A program made the position numbers and the translations under genes. A DNA stretch of 64,000 nt from Gnetum montanum (taxonomy: Eukaryota; Plantae; Gnetophyta). Of this stretch, positions 39,225 to 52,607 are shown piece after piece. The notes under the pieces are model-generated. The model searched no databases and was not told the origin of the DNA. It worked only from the letters and a program-made list of their open reading frames with translations. The DNA lies in NCBI GenBank assembly GCA_015680685.1, contig MNCI01000329.1:1-64000 (forward strand), written 5' to 3'. Position 1 is the first letter of the stretch. Every line of letters begins with the position of its first letter.

Positions 39225-40940
39225 CTATGAGTCTCTGCTAGTATCTTTATCCCCCACCCCACTAGGTCCAACATCCTCATTTAGGTCCTGCATAAAGCAA
39301 GAATAAAATAATGAGTCAAATTATGATCACATATCATAAAATAAGCTACAATATAGTAAAGCTTGGCTAACATGAGATGGGCTTGCGTCCATCTCTGGAG
39401 GTATTCTATCCATTCCAGCTACTAAGCATCGAAGTATTTCATCCTTACTTAAGTTGTCCCAATCTTCTTCCCCTAGATCAACGCCTACTACAATTTTCCT
39501 CTTCTCCATAGCTATCCATGTGGGTGGTCCTAGAGAGAATGTGGTAGTAGTGGTCTCCCCAAAAGGCAAGGTCATCTCTCTCTTGGGAGATTCACTCACC
39601 ACCACATGTTTTATAAATTTTTCATAGGCCTTGGTAGCACCAATCACATTAAGAAATAGCTCATGAGTATGCAATTCAATAGAAGCATCTCGATATTTCT
39701 AATGGTAGGTAGCATGTTCTACCTTGTACATGTGCTTATGATTTTTTTGTGCCTACCCCCATTCATACACCTTGGCACTGTAATCTTTCTAGTCTTGGTT
39801 TTCTTGGGCTAGTAGATCCATTTGCAAGCATTGTTCAATTATTTTAGGGGTAGCACTATTTTTTCCTCGTATGGCCAACCAATATCTTGCATAATTGATT
39901 ATGGTCATACACCAACTATTTTTAAAGGTGTTGCAAGCCATCAAGATTTCATTTTATGACTACAAATCTTCTAACTCAATTGCTTGACTAGCTTTCTCCT
40001 TTTTAAGCTTCTAGACTTGCTTCTAGAGCTCTTCGTTAATGTGTCTACACTCACACAAGGATCATGCTGAGTATAGCACATATTTACTAGCCTCCTCATA
40101 TATGTCACAAGATACCTTGATTACCTCTAGGGGGAGTTTAGGCATAGCATTAATTTCAACTGTTTGTCTGGGATCGCACTTAATTCAAGAAGCTAAGATA
40201 TCAAACATGAGAAAGTGTCAATCACAAGATAATGGAAAAAATAGAATAATGCAAATAGTAAGTATTGTAGTCTAAACATGCCTATTTCGGGATCAATTTA
40301 CCTTAAGCGGTCAATTATATCATGAACTAACCCTTCCATAAGGGTAAATTTATCTGGGGTTTTTGCCCATGGTCGTAGGTGAAATGAGGAGGAAGATTCA
40401 AGAACCTTAGTAGCATTGTTTGCTGTGCAACAAAGGATGTTAACATTGTAAATAATAGGGAGAAGAAAGGAGGAAGTAATATAAATGACAGTGTCAAGCT
40501 CCTACCTAGCAAACCCTCAGGGGTGAGAGTAAGGGGATTGTCCATCAGTACATTGTCAAACAAAGCATCAAACTCACCAGCCCCAAACTATAGTCATTCT
40601 TCCTCAAGTTAAGTTAATAGTGTAACAGTGTCTTCAACATCATGTGCCCCTTAGGTGCTGGGGCACACTCTACGAAAGGTTCATTTGTAGAAGGAGCCTC
40701 TTCCTCTATGCAGGGGACCTCCTCCTCTGCAGTCCGAGCCTCTTCTTCTTCTATAGCAAGGGCCCCTACCTCTGGGATCAAAGCTTCTTCTTCTTCATCT
40801 ATTAAACACATCTAAAGTGAGCATTCTAGTCTAACATAAAAAGGGAAGGGTGGAGGGGTAGCTAACAAGACAATTAAACCATACATACCAATAAATGTAG
40901 GTTGTACTTTATGAAAGTTGAGTCGGTTGCTATATACCAA
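39225..40940 (-). pseudogene. E2 antisense accessory gene, 3' exons
   Basis: LFLNVIGATKAYEKF...SESPKREMTLP...WDNLSKDEILRCL matches E1 exon 6. PDKFTLMEGLVHDIIDRL matches E1 exon 5. Last intron 39371-39288 and last exon 39287-39225. Confidence 0.85.
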
Positions 40941-42365
40941 TAGTTAGAAAAATGCACCACTCCGAAGCTACAAGCTTGCTCTATCAAGGTGGATATAGTC
41001 AGTTGCATGGTGTGGTGGAGTGCAGAGATCTTGAGAGTAGCCAAGACATGTGGAGCAAAATGGGTTGTGCGCTTGGGTGTGGCCGTGGGCGTTGACCATG
41101 CAGAGATTCTACCAAGGTGGTAGAAAGGGAATGGAACAAAATGCCAATAGAAATTGCTAACTATTTGTAGTGTCAAACAGGAAGCTTATAATGCTTGATG
41201 TCACAACATGTCAAGAAGAGAGCTTGAGTGCTAGAGAGAGGAAAAGGCAAAGACTCCTTTAAATCTTTGAACTCTTCAAATGATGCTTGTTGAAAGAATT
41301 TGAACCCTTTGAATGTTATTTTTTGGAGAATTTCCAACAGCCAAAGTTAGTCCAACCCCTTTGAGCACTATTCATCAGGGTTTTTATAGGGCTAGAGGGC
41401 ACGCGAAAGGGGTGGTTTGGATGCCATGTGCCCTAGGCCCATGTTGACTTGCTGGCACCACATGTATCATGTATGACCATTGGACCGGCAAGACCATTGT
41501 AATGCGAACTTGCTATTCCATAATTGTGAGCTTTCCATGCCATAATTTTGCCATCAGCATCTAGAGATGTATGTCAACAGTCCAATTAGATGAAGTGCAT
41601 TGATTTTGTACAACCACTCACATGCTGCGCTGTGCTTTGTAGCGGAGCATGCTTGGTATGGCGTAGCACCTTATTGTACATTTCACTACATATGTGTTGC
41701 ATGCTTTCTATGCTATGCTATGCTACATAGCATACTGTAGCATAGCAACTGGCCTTAGCCATGAAAGCTTTGCCAATTTGCAAACTTTTCTTTCGTGAGA
41801 CTTGCAAACTTGCTGATTCCACCCTTTGAGCTACCTTTTGTCTTTTTCATAGGATTGCTACACCTTATTGCGCCTTGTAGCTTAGCATAGCATAGCAGTA
41901 GACATGGTCTATCACTTCCTGATTCAAAGGAACATTGCTAAAGGACTTAAAATTAGGCATGGGAATTGGCTGTGAAGCTTTTTCCAGGCTATGCTATGTC
42001 ACATGGCATAGTGTAGCGTAGCGCTCCATTCTGCAATTGTTTTCTGGAGCTTGCTATGCTACATAGTGAGGTGTAGCATAGAGTAGTAGACTTCATGACT
42101 TAGAAAACTTGCTAAACTATTTTTTACATCCAAAATGCTGTTGCCAACTCCACACGTCATTTCTAAGCAGGTTGTCAACTCGGCACGCTACTTAGGTGGA
42201 CAGGCAGGATGACCTGTAGAGCCTGTTTTCATCTAACGTAGAAAATTTGCCAAACTGGCTGGATTGAACTAAAAATGTTCTCCTCCTGAAGAACTACCAT
42301 GGTGCTGCGTGAATTGCAAGGCCTGGTGAAGCAAGGATGATCCTACATTTTTTTGGGGTGTTTCA
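40941..42365 (-). repeat. 3' LTR of E3 (last ~280 bp deleted)
   Basis: Matches 52888-54311. Minus-strand start TGAAACACCCC. Confidence 0.9.
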
Positions 42366-42399
42366 TTGGTCCTTCTTAGTCGACGTCTAGAGTACAGGC

Positions 42400-43310
42400 T
42401 TGATACAAGTCAAAAAAGAATAGAAAACACTGCAGCAAGCGAAATGCTAAGGTTATCACTTGGTGGGTGTTTAGACATCGCTCGACTACACTTGAGAGTG
42501 TTGCATTGGTTTTGCAGAGGTTAAGATAGAGAGCAAAGATGATGTTTAGTAGAGTCCCTCGTTGGAGTGCTCTGAGGGGCTCATTTTCATTTTCATCTTT
42601 GGCTGGTGTTGTTCTTCAACCTCTTGTAGGATAGGTATTTCCTTCATAGGATGAGTTGTGTTACATCCGTGAAGGATTTTGACCTACCTACAATTGCTTT
42701 CCATGTGGCGAGTTGCGTTGCACACATGTCATGGAATTTGCACTCTGAAGTAGCTAAGCTAGTTGAGGCACTCGCTTTGCGACACTGTAGAATTTGCTGC
42801 TGTTGCGAGATGTGCCCTTAGGGGCAAAGGTCTTGTTAGCTATGGGCATTGTTGAAGCTGTTAGACATCATTACTAGTGTACGATGTCCAAAGCAAGAAG
42901 GCCAATAGTGACCTTGATAGCATTAGCGCAGGGGAGCTAGTCTCTAAGGCACCAAGAGGTGCTGCGGGTGTAGATGCTCTGGAATCCCTGCTAGGGGCTT
43001 GCATTCCTATTTTAGCTATGGGATCAGTTGCCACATAGCTAACGTTGTGCAAGACCAAGCATTGGTAGGGAGTTGGAGTAACAACATCGTGGCTGGGCCA
43101 CAATACTGCTAGAACTCCAGATGTGGGAACTAGCCTAGGAACCATCGTTAGGATGATGGGCCATGGCGACGGTAGGTTTGAAGGGTGAGTGTGACACCAT
43201 ACGACATCTTTGGAGGGCCAACATGATGCCAAGGGTGGCGGCGCCACATATGTTCCAAACTACATTCTCAATGTGTTGTGAATTGTGTTCTAGAACTACA
43301 ATGTCCCACC
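42400..43310 (-). pseudogene. Decayed extra sense ORF in the E3 3' region
   Basis: ORF 42861-43247 frame is homologous to E2 ~60975-61120 with synonymous third-position changes. Confidence 0.5.
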
Positions 43311-43374
43311 CACATGTTATCATCACACCCAATCATTCAATATGTTACTGGTGCATGCTGGGGATGCGACGCAA

Positions 43375-43590
43375 ACCTAGTTTAAGCACCTAGTAGATCA
43401 TGTGTTGGTTTAAGGTCCCAGTGGACCGTTGTGCTAGTTTAAGGTCCCAGCGGACCGTACATGCTAGTTTAACATTGTAGCAAATGGCTATTGCCAGTTT
43501 AATGTCGTAGCGGATGTTGCTCGATGTCGCTAGTTTATCATCATTGCAAACGCTACTTGGTGCGATTACTAGTTTATTGTCATAGCGAAC
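43375..43590 (-). repeat. TAAACTAGC-type array after E3 integrase
   Basis: About seven ~30-bp units (plus strand GCTAGTTTAA). Confidence 0.85.
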
Positions 43591-43614
43591 GGTGCTTGTA
43601 GTTGCCATTGCATT

Positions 43615-46600
43615 TCAGATGTAGTACATCTTGAGATACGAGTGATTCACTAGGGTGGTGAACTTGTTGCCACTCATATCTGCCAGCTTGAAGGCTCCAT
43701 TCCCAAAGGCTTTAGTGACCACATAAGGACCTTCCCAGTTGGCTGAGAATTTGCTCACATGCTCACGGATGGCCTTGAGGATGAGGTCTCCCTTTTGCAC
43801 TGGCTGTCAATGTGGGTCTACACAGTGCTTTTGCTACTACTTGCTCTGGTAGTGCTCAATGTGTCTCAACGTTTGTGTGTGCTCCTCCTCCATTGAGTCA
43901 AGGTTGATGGTTTGCAAATCATTGTTCTAGGCTTCACTCATGACATTCACGAGGATCATCTGGAGTGAGGGTACCTGTAAGTCAAGAGGCAATAGAGCTT
44001 CAGATCCATAAACAAGACTATAAGGGGTCTTACACATTGTAGTTCTGCACGTTGTTCTGTAGGCCCAGATGACATAGAGGATTTTCTCGTGCCATTGTCT
44101 CTTGCTGTTGTTAAGCATTCACTTCAGCAAGTTGATGATAGACTTATTTGTAGCCTCCACCTACCCATTCGCCTGTAGATAGTAAGGGGAAGTAAATGAT
44201 TGTTTAATGGCTAGATTGCTATAGAAGGTTTGGGTTTTCGTGCTGCTGAACTGTGGTCCATTGTTGATCACAATAGTCATTGGAAGCTCAAACCTTGTTA
44301 CGATGTTGTCAAGGATGAAATGGTAGATTTGTTAAGACATTGTCTTCCTTAGGGGAATGGCTTCCACCCACTTGGTAAAATACTCAATGGTGGTAATAAT
44401 GAAGCTATGCCCCACTGAGGAGTTAGGTGTGATAGGTCCTATGAGGTCTAATCCCCATCGTTGGAAGGGCCACATGATTTGTGTTGGGTGTAGGTCTGTG
44501 GGCGAGACATGCATGAGATTTACATATCTCTAGCATGTTTCACATGTCTTAACTTTTGATAGGTAGTCATGTTCCATGTGGGGCCAGTAGTACCCTAGTC
44601 ATCTAATTTTGGTAGCCATAGTCTTGGGTGCTATGTGTCCACCACACAACCCCTCATGATGTACCTCATTAACTACCTTCTATGCTTGCTCGCCGCCCAC
44701 GCATGCTAGAAATATCCCATCGTAGGAGCATTGGCACAGGGCATCATTTCCCATGAGCATGTATTGTTGGGAATGCTTACGGATTGCATTTCTCTGGGCA
44801 AATGTCAATCCACCTGGGGGTTTTCTGTGCTGTAGATAGGTTTTAAAATTGGCATACCATTCTTGGGTATCTGCAGCACTGACAGATGCCATGTGTTTCA
44901 CCCAAGTGATAGGCTCTATGCATTCTATAATAGCAGTTGGCAGGTTTGCCAAGGAATGTGATGGAATGTTTAACGCAAGGGTAGCTAAGGCATCTACTAT
45001 GGTGTTCTCATTGCATGGCACGTGTTGCACATCCATCGTTACAAATTTCTTAAGTAAGATTTTTGATAGGTCGTAGTAGGGTTGCAGGTGCATAGCTTTG
45101 TAGGCATAAACCTTGGTGATTTGATTCATGACTAGTTGTGAATCTCTGCGGATCGCTAGGTGTTGTATGCATAGTGCTCAGGAAGTTAAGAGGCCTCTGA
45201 GTAGCCCCTTGTATTCTACCACGTTGTTGGTGCAAGGGAACATAAATCAATAAGCGGATGGATGTATTTCCCAGAGGAGAATGTGATTATGGTAATGATG
45301 CTACCTCCTTGAGTGGTTGAGGTGCCATCAAAATGTAAGGTGGCTTTGAAATGAAATGGGACGATGTTGACATTGCCAGCGTACTCGTCCGGGAATTCAG
45401 GGTCTATGGTTGCTTGTTCATCGACTAGTGATGTCATGAGTTGGGTCACTATGGATTGACCCTTTGTCGATGATTGACTTACATAGCGTAGATCAAACTC
45501 TGTGGTTATTGTCTTCCATTGGGCTATCCTACTACTTTTGTATAAGTTGTTGGTGATAGCCCAGAGTATATTGCTTTTGCAAATGGTGTTGGTTGTACTA
45601 TAGAATAGGTAATGCCGCCACTTCTTTATTGCGAATACTAACGCTAGGAAATTCCTCTTCACTTCATTGTATTTTTCCTCGTGCGCTATTAGCACATGAC
45701 TCAGATAATACACTGGTATCTCAGAACCGTCGTCTTGTTTCTGACAGAGCAGTGTTGCAATAGATGTGTCAGAAGTGATGAGGTAGATGAAGAAGGGTTT
45801 ATCCCTTTCTAGTAGATGCATAGTCAGGAGGTGTAAGAGTTCCTTCTTGAAGTCATCAAAGGCTTGTTGACATTGAGTTGTCCATTCAAAGTTAACCCCC
45901 TTCTTCAGAAGATGTTGCATGGGGTGTAACTTGTCAATCAACCTTGCGATAAACCTTCGAATGAATTGCACTCTACCTTTCAAACCACGTAACTCCTTAA
46001 GGTTTTTGGGAGGCGCTAGGTTGATGATGGCCTTAACTTTGTCAGGGTCCACCCGTAGTCCAGCCTCTGATACTATGAACCCTAACATGCATCCATTTTC
46101 ACCCCGAAGATGCACTTCTTAGGATTGAGGAATAAGTCGTGCATTTGGCAGCATTTGAGGACTACCCCTAGATCACGTGGGTGATCAGATGCCTCCTTGG
46201 ACTTGATTGTTATATCATCCATGTAGTTGTTTAATGTTTCTATGATGTAATCACTAAAAATCTAAGTCATGGCTCGCTAGTAAGTTGCTCCAGCATTCTT
46301 GAGCCCGAAGGGCATCATGGTGTAGTAGAAGGTTCCCCATAGGGTCATGAAGGTTGTGGAAAACTAGTGCTCTGGATTAATGCAGATTTGGTTGTACCTA
46401 GAGAAACCATCCATGAAGGATAGCAGATCATGGCTAGCCATGGTGTTGATCATTTGATCAATGCTTGGTAGTGGGAAGTCATCCTTGATTGTTGCCTTGT
46501 TCAAGTCCCAGAAGTCTATACAGATCTGTATTCCTCCCTTTTTCATTGAAACTATGATGATGTTGGACACCCACTCTAAATAGTCAACTGTGTGGATGAA

Positions 46601-47086
46601 ACTTGCTTGATATAGCTTATTGATTTCATCCCTCATGACTAGTGCTATTTCTGGCTTAGCTTTGCGAGCCTTCTGCTTGACTTCCTTCATGTGTTGGTCT
46701 AGGACGATGTTATGCTAAATCAGCCGTGGATCCAGACCTGGCATGTCTCTATACAAACATGCGAAGACATTGATGTTTTCTTGCAGAATCTTGGCTACAT
46801 TTTTATGCATTTTTGTGTCTAGGAGGGAGCTGAGTTTCAATGTCTTCTCCTCCCCCGTTAACATGGTCACAAGTGTCTCGACGAGAGGGTCCTCAGTTAC
46901 ATCCCCGGCCTCTATGTCTAGAGCTTGGACTAGATTCATGGGCTAATCCAGGGATGCTTCGAAGGCTGCTATAGTGATAATTGTGGTCGACCCCTAGTCA
47001 ATCATGTTCAGGTTCAACTATTCTGTGAGCTTGCTCTGTGGCCCTGCTAATGTTAAAGGTGTGGAAAGGTCATGATGGATTCCCAT
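43615..47086 (-). pseudogene. pol: E3 pol: RT, RNase H, archaeal-type RNase H, integrase
   Basis: DLNKATIKDDFPLP, SFMDGFSRYNQI, MPFGLKNAGAT, YMDD; PVYYLSH; LHFDG (aRH); WPFQRWGLDLIGPI, YFTKWVEAIPL, WEGPYVV. Confidence 0.95.
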
Positions 47087-47329
47087 CTCTTGCTCGACCT
47101 ATCATCATAAGATGAAAGCCCAGTTAAGAGGCATTTGTCAGTAGAGATTGTGTGTAACGAAAATTTGTAAAGTAGTGATGAGATGCAACTTGTGAAGTGT
47201 GTCGATGTAAAGATTGCAAGTTTTTCTATTTAAGGTCATGGTGGACTGCCAAGGCATAGGAGCATAAAACTGCTAAAGGTGTAAAAATACTAACATAAAG
47301 TATGATGTTGTGTGACTTTCAATATGCAA

Positions 47330-47900
47330 ATGCCAAACTGCTAGTTTAGTGTCATTTTGGACTACCAAATTGTGACATGCAAAATCTTAACATGCAAAAT
47401 AATAGTATGTGAAACGAGAAACTTTGAGTATGAGAAGTGCTGACCGTTAATGTGAAAATATGAACTGCAGACATGAAGTCACAAAACCAATAGAAATGGT
47501 GACATCGCCCATGTGGAAGAAGATGCGAAAACCACTAATGTAAGCATGCAATGTTGTTAGTTTAACATCATTATAGACCAAAAAATGTAACAGGTCAAAA
47601 ATTCTAGTTTAGGATTTTTTCATACTGTTAGAGGTGCAACTATGCTAGGATTACTAGTTTAAGGTCTTTTCGAATCATTGCTAGTTTTAGGCCATTTCGG
47701 GCCATTGCGTCAAATGGCAAAAGGATTATATATTAGCAAAGTCAAAAGAAAAAATGCTAGTTTCAGGCCATTTTGGGCCATTTCCAAAAGAGATAGTACT
47801 TTAACAAAGAAAAAAAGCGATGATGTTAGTTTTAGGCCATTTTGGGCCATAACAAAGCAGAAAGCAATGATGCTAGTTTTATGCCATTTCGGGCTATACC
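47330..47900 (-). repeat. GGCCTAAAACTAGC-type array in the E3 PR-RT spacer
   Basis: Plus-strand GCTAGTTTTAGGCCATTT-like units at ~47340, 47655, 47680, 47756, 47826 and 47872. Confidence 0.8.
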
Positions 47901-47981
47901 GTAGCATGCCATAAGGATGGCATGTTAACAAAGAAAAGAAGTGGTGAAGCACAAGGGATGGCAACTGGGCAGGAAGCTTTA

Positions 47982-50900
47982 GGATGCTACACTATGCGTA
48001 GCTACCTCTTGACTTGTCATGGGTTGATCGAGATGTGAGGCCAAGGTATTTCACCAAGGCCCTCGTTCACATCATCATCCTCTATTTGAAAGGGCAACTC
48101 AACCCATGATTTTTTGATCTAGGAGTCAGCTCACTGAGCCAATCCTTCCATTGGATGGTTAATGCATGCATGAGCAGGTGCCTCCCTTTTGGGGGTCGTG
48201 ACCTCCAAGCCTTGCTCCATGTCTACGTTACTGATTACTTGCATCACTACCTCATCACCATGGATCACCACCTCCCTGCCTGCATATGGTAAGTGGATTT
48301 CCTGGTGTATATATGAGAAGAAAACCCTAAGTTGTGCTAACCATGACCTTTCCAAGATTAGGTTAACCCCAAGCATTTCCTCAACCATGATGAAAGTTGC
48401 ATCTATGGGGGAACATGTCCCCTGCTAGGAAGTTTATGTGAACTGTGCCTTTCACCAAGATGTGTACCCCGTTGAAGGACCTTAGACATGACATCACCAT
48501 GGGTTTGACCTGGTCGACCAATCCCAACTTTTCTACAATAGGGAAGGGAATGACATTTGTGGCGGCCCCATCATCAACGTGTACCCTTCAAATCTGGTGT
48601 TGGCCGACCTGAATTGTGATGAAGAGAGGCACCGTGGTCACCTGACCTCCTTCGAGATCTTCCCTAATGGCATCGTCATGGAAATTCAATTGAGGTGTCA
48701 TGGAATCCATGGGTACAGAGGGAAGCATGACCGAATGGATCACTTTCTCCTTTACTGGCATGTTCTCGTAGATCGGAACCACTATTAACATGCAGATTAG
48801 AGCCTCACGGTGGGGCACAGATGTCATGATTAGGTCATACAAGTTTAGTGTAGCATTTTTCTACTTTAGAGCTTGATTGACCTGGGTGAGGGCATCTAGA
48901 AATTCTTAGTCATCCCCTTGTTTGACACCTTCCTCCTTTTTGATTCGTCCTAGGAGACAAATCTCCCGAGAAGAGGTGACTTCAGATCTGGGTTCAGATC
49001 CTTGTTGGCAGGGTGATGCATGTTGCATAGTCATGTCGACCTTCGTCTTTGGTGGCGAAGGTGCAGATGCAAGGGGTGAAGATGTGGGCTTGGGGATACC
49101 CTTGACAGTACTTCCCTTCGACGTCTCACCCACCAAGTGGACTTCTCACCTTGTGGGATGAGGAGGTTGTTTAGCTTTGTTAGGCAAGATAGGGGCCATT
49201 GAAGGTGTTGGCCTCCTGATGACGAATGGAGCTAGAGGTGTTAATTGATGGGACCATGTGGCTCCATCAATAGGTGACACAAAGGTGGATGCCTATGGTG
49301 GGACTTTTAGGATGAATGACTATTGCGAGCTTGGACCAGCTGCTAGTAGTGCTGGTGCACGACGCTGAGGCACGCAAACCACGAATGGTTGCCAAGGTGG
49401 CCTAGGATCATTGTCAATTCCAATGGCATTGATTACCTAACAAAAATTGTTGACATTAAGGGGGTCTATGTAGAAATACATAGATTGGTTTTCAGGGTGC
49501 ACTGGGTTGCTTTTGTCCAGCACCAGTTTCGCCAGGTCAACTAATCTTTGGATGTCGTCCTGCAATGATAGACAATAATCCATGTTGTGACCACACTGTT
49601 GGTGGTAGTCACAAAACCTGTCTAGCCTGAAAAACCTAGGAATCAGAGGCTCATTGGGCAAGGCCAAAGAGAGATTTTTAAGGAGCTCATAGTAGTGTTG
49701 ATGTCTCATGTTTTCCTCTTCTAACATTTGCTTATGCTGGATGTATCCCGCTACTAGCAGTTACTTCAGAAGCTTTGAAGGCTTTAGAGGTAGTGGGGTG
49801 TACTTTGAGCGGTCTTTGTGCTCAATGTTGGGTTTAGGGTGTGCAGATGTCTTGGGCATATGTGCAACCGATTGCAGCATGTGGTCCTGTTTGGGGTTAG
49901 TCGTGGGTATGGCCAATTTCTTGTTGTTCTTTATACCACTGTTACTAGGTTTGGGCTTGGCCTCAGTTGCCACAATAGCCATTATGGTTGTTGGGGCTTT
50001 ATCCTTGTCGTTCTTTGCAAAGGTGCTTTTGTAAGAGACGTAGGCTAGGTTTTTGCTCGTTTCATCCGTGTCCTGTATGCTCTTAGTCTGAGCGAAGGCC
50101 TGACTAAAAGAGCAAGGAGTGAGGTAGTACAGTTTAGACTTGATGAAGTTATTCATTGTGCCTTTAAAGACGGCCAGTAGGTGGGCTTCCACGATGGGCT
50201 CATAGAATTCATTAAGGGTTGCACTTCAAAATTGAATGAACTTTTGGACCAGCTCTAGAGCATCTTGCTTTATGCTCATCAACTAGTCCAGCATGGTTTC
50301 TAGCTTCAAGTTGTACTTGAAGTACATCATGAACTAGGTCAACAGCTCTTCCAAAGTTGATATGGATGAGCGTGGCAATGCACGATACCAATCCAAGGCT
50401 TTTCCCACTAGGAACATGGTGAAGACATGAATGATTATGTGTAGCCATTGTTACAATAGCAAAGACTCAGATTTGAAGGTGACAAGATGTGCATTGGGAT
50501 CTCCCTCCCCATTGTAGTTTGTGAAATGTGGGAGAGACATCCTTGGGGGTAAAGTCAAAGTAGGGACTACAGGGTTGATAGGTTCATCCTTGTAGAAGTC
50601 CACAACTTGTACCATGTCAAACCCAGCAGCCTTGAGGCATTTTATTTCCTCAATGAGGGTCTGGATGAGCTGAAATGCTTGGTCCAGACCCGACAACGTT
50701 GTGGATGATCGAGGCACTGCAGGGGTAGTTCCCACTTGTGGTATGGTGGGGGTAGTGGCCTGACCCATTGGCGGTACCATTGGGATTACCCCTACAGGCA
50801 GTACTGCCTACATTGTCCACCACTCGATAGGTGGTGTTGTTAAGGTGGCAACCGTAGGTTGGACTACCCGGTAGACTGCTTGTGTCATCGATAACGTAGA

Positions 50901-51797
50901 CCATAATCCCATGTTAGGCTATCCTAACTACGAGGCTTGGTGCATTTGAGAGGGCATGTAGTGAGACATTTGCGATGCTTGCGGAATGGGTGAAGGAACA
51001 AATGGGGCCCACCATGTGGATGGGATGGGGCCCACCATAGTGGGTGGAACGAATGTGAATGTAGGAATAGAAACAAAAGTCATGTATGCTTGTGAAAGAG
51101 GCATGGTATGAACATGTGGTAGGGTAGCCACGATTGACGTACGATATGCTACAGGAATAGACTGTTGAGTAGTTAGCAAAGGGATAGTAGTTGCAGGCGA
51201 AAGAGGGTGTTGAAACATCATAGAATTAGCATGACTACCCATAGCAGCTGTAATCATGGGTTGTGGGAGCATGGGAATAATTACAAAGGGAGTGGTAACA
51301 GATGATGGCTTGGCCTAGAAGGACCAGGTAGGAGGGACAGGAACGGGGCCGGTTGGATCTCCCTCATTTGATTGGGAATTGAGTTTCTCTTGCCTATCCT
51401 GGAAAGCATCATCTTGGTTGGATGCTATGTCATGTTGCTCCCTAAGCCTAGGCAACTGGATTAGTTGGTCTAGAAGCCTTTGGTACACTTGTGGTAAAGG
51501 TAACGAAATGCCGGGAATAGGGATAAATTCCTTCCCATTGCAGTAAGCGAACTCGAAGCTACATTTCTCTTCGAGTTTGTGTAAATCCAAGGGCAGATTT
51601 GCTTGCACCTTTGCACAAAGGAAACTGTAATGCTCATGTTGCTGGGCCAATCCCTCAAGCCCTCGATTTTGGACTCTGAGAGATCGATGTGTTCCTAGAA
51701 TCGGATTCAATGGTTTTTCAGCACTAGTAGTGCCTTGAACCATGATGGGAGCTTCAACATTAAATAAGTTGGTAGTAGTAGTTGAAAAATCCATCAT
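47982..51797 (-). pseudogene. gag: E3 gag-protease
   Basis: NYNGEGDPNAHLVTFKSESLLL, FCDYHQQCGHNMDYC, RVHVDDGAATNVIP, NLILERSWLAQL. Confidence 0.9.
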
Positions 51798-51887
51798 TAA
51801 ACAAGTAGTTATGCAAAAAAGTGCAAAAGTTATGCAAAAGAGTGCTAGCAAACAAGGAAATTGGAAGACAACAAAAAAGAAAGAAGA

Positions 51888-52490
51888 AGAGGAAGGCTTT
51901 ACATCTTGCTAGATTCCGAAGGAACCGTCGAGGCGAACGACCTGCACCACACAAGTCATAAACAACTAGAAATGGGTGTTGCATTTACGTTAGTATGTGA
52001 TAGGGTGCAGAACACGTGCAAGACTACCATAAGAATGGAAAGCTAGTTAGCAACCAAGAAGGCTTTGCATCTCATAGGATCCTGAAGGGACCATCGAAGT
52101 GACCATCCTATACCATGCAAGATGGGGTATGGAACACATGTAAGAAAACCAGAAGGTGGGCAAGCTAACTAATGGTCAGGAAGGCTTTGCATCTCGTAGG
52201 ATCCCCGAGGGACCGTCGAAGTGACTGTCCTGTACCACGCGAGATGGGGTACAGAACACATGCACGACAACAGTAAGGCGGGCAAGCTAACTGGCAATCA
52301 AATGCTTTGTGTCTTGTAGGATTCCAGAGGGACTGTTGAAGAGACCATCCTGTAGCACACGAGATGGGGTACAAAATACATGCAAGAAAACTATAGGAAT
52401 GAGCTAGTTAGCTAGCAATCGGAGGCCTTGTGTTCTGTAGGGCTCCCAAGGAATCGTCAAGGTGACTGATCTGCACCACACAAAGTGCAA
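51888..52490 (-). repeat. Five copies of a ~120-bp leader repeat in the E3 5' UTR
   Basis: Units start near 51890, 52057, 52178, 52300 and 52420. Confidence 0.9.
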
Positions 52491-52584
52491 ACAACCACAA
52501 AATGATGTCGCATCTATGCTTATGCATATTAGGATGTAGAAGGCTCATAGAACTACCATGACATGTGGAAAAGGCACCAAAAGG

Positions 52585-52601
52585 CCCTCCTTCTAGTGCC
52601 A
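52585..52601 (-). promoter_or_regulatory. PBS tRNA-Asn (E3)
   Basis: Plus-strand CCCTCCTTCTAGTGCCA. Confidence 0.9.
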
Positions 52602-52607
52602 GAAAAC

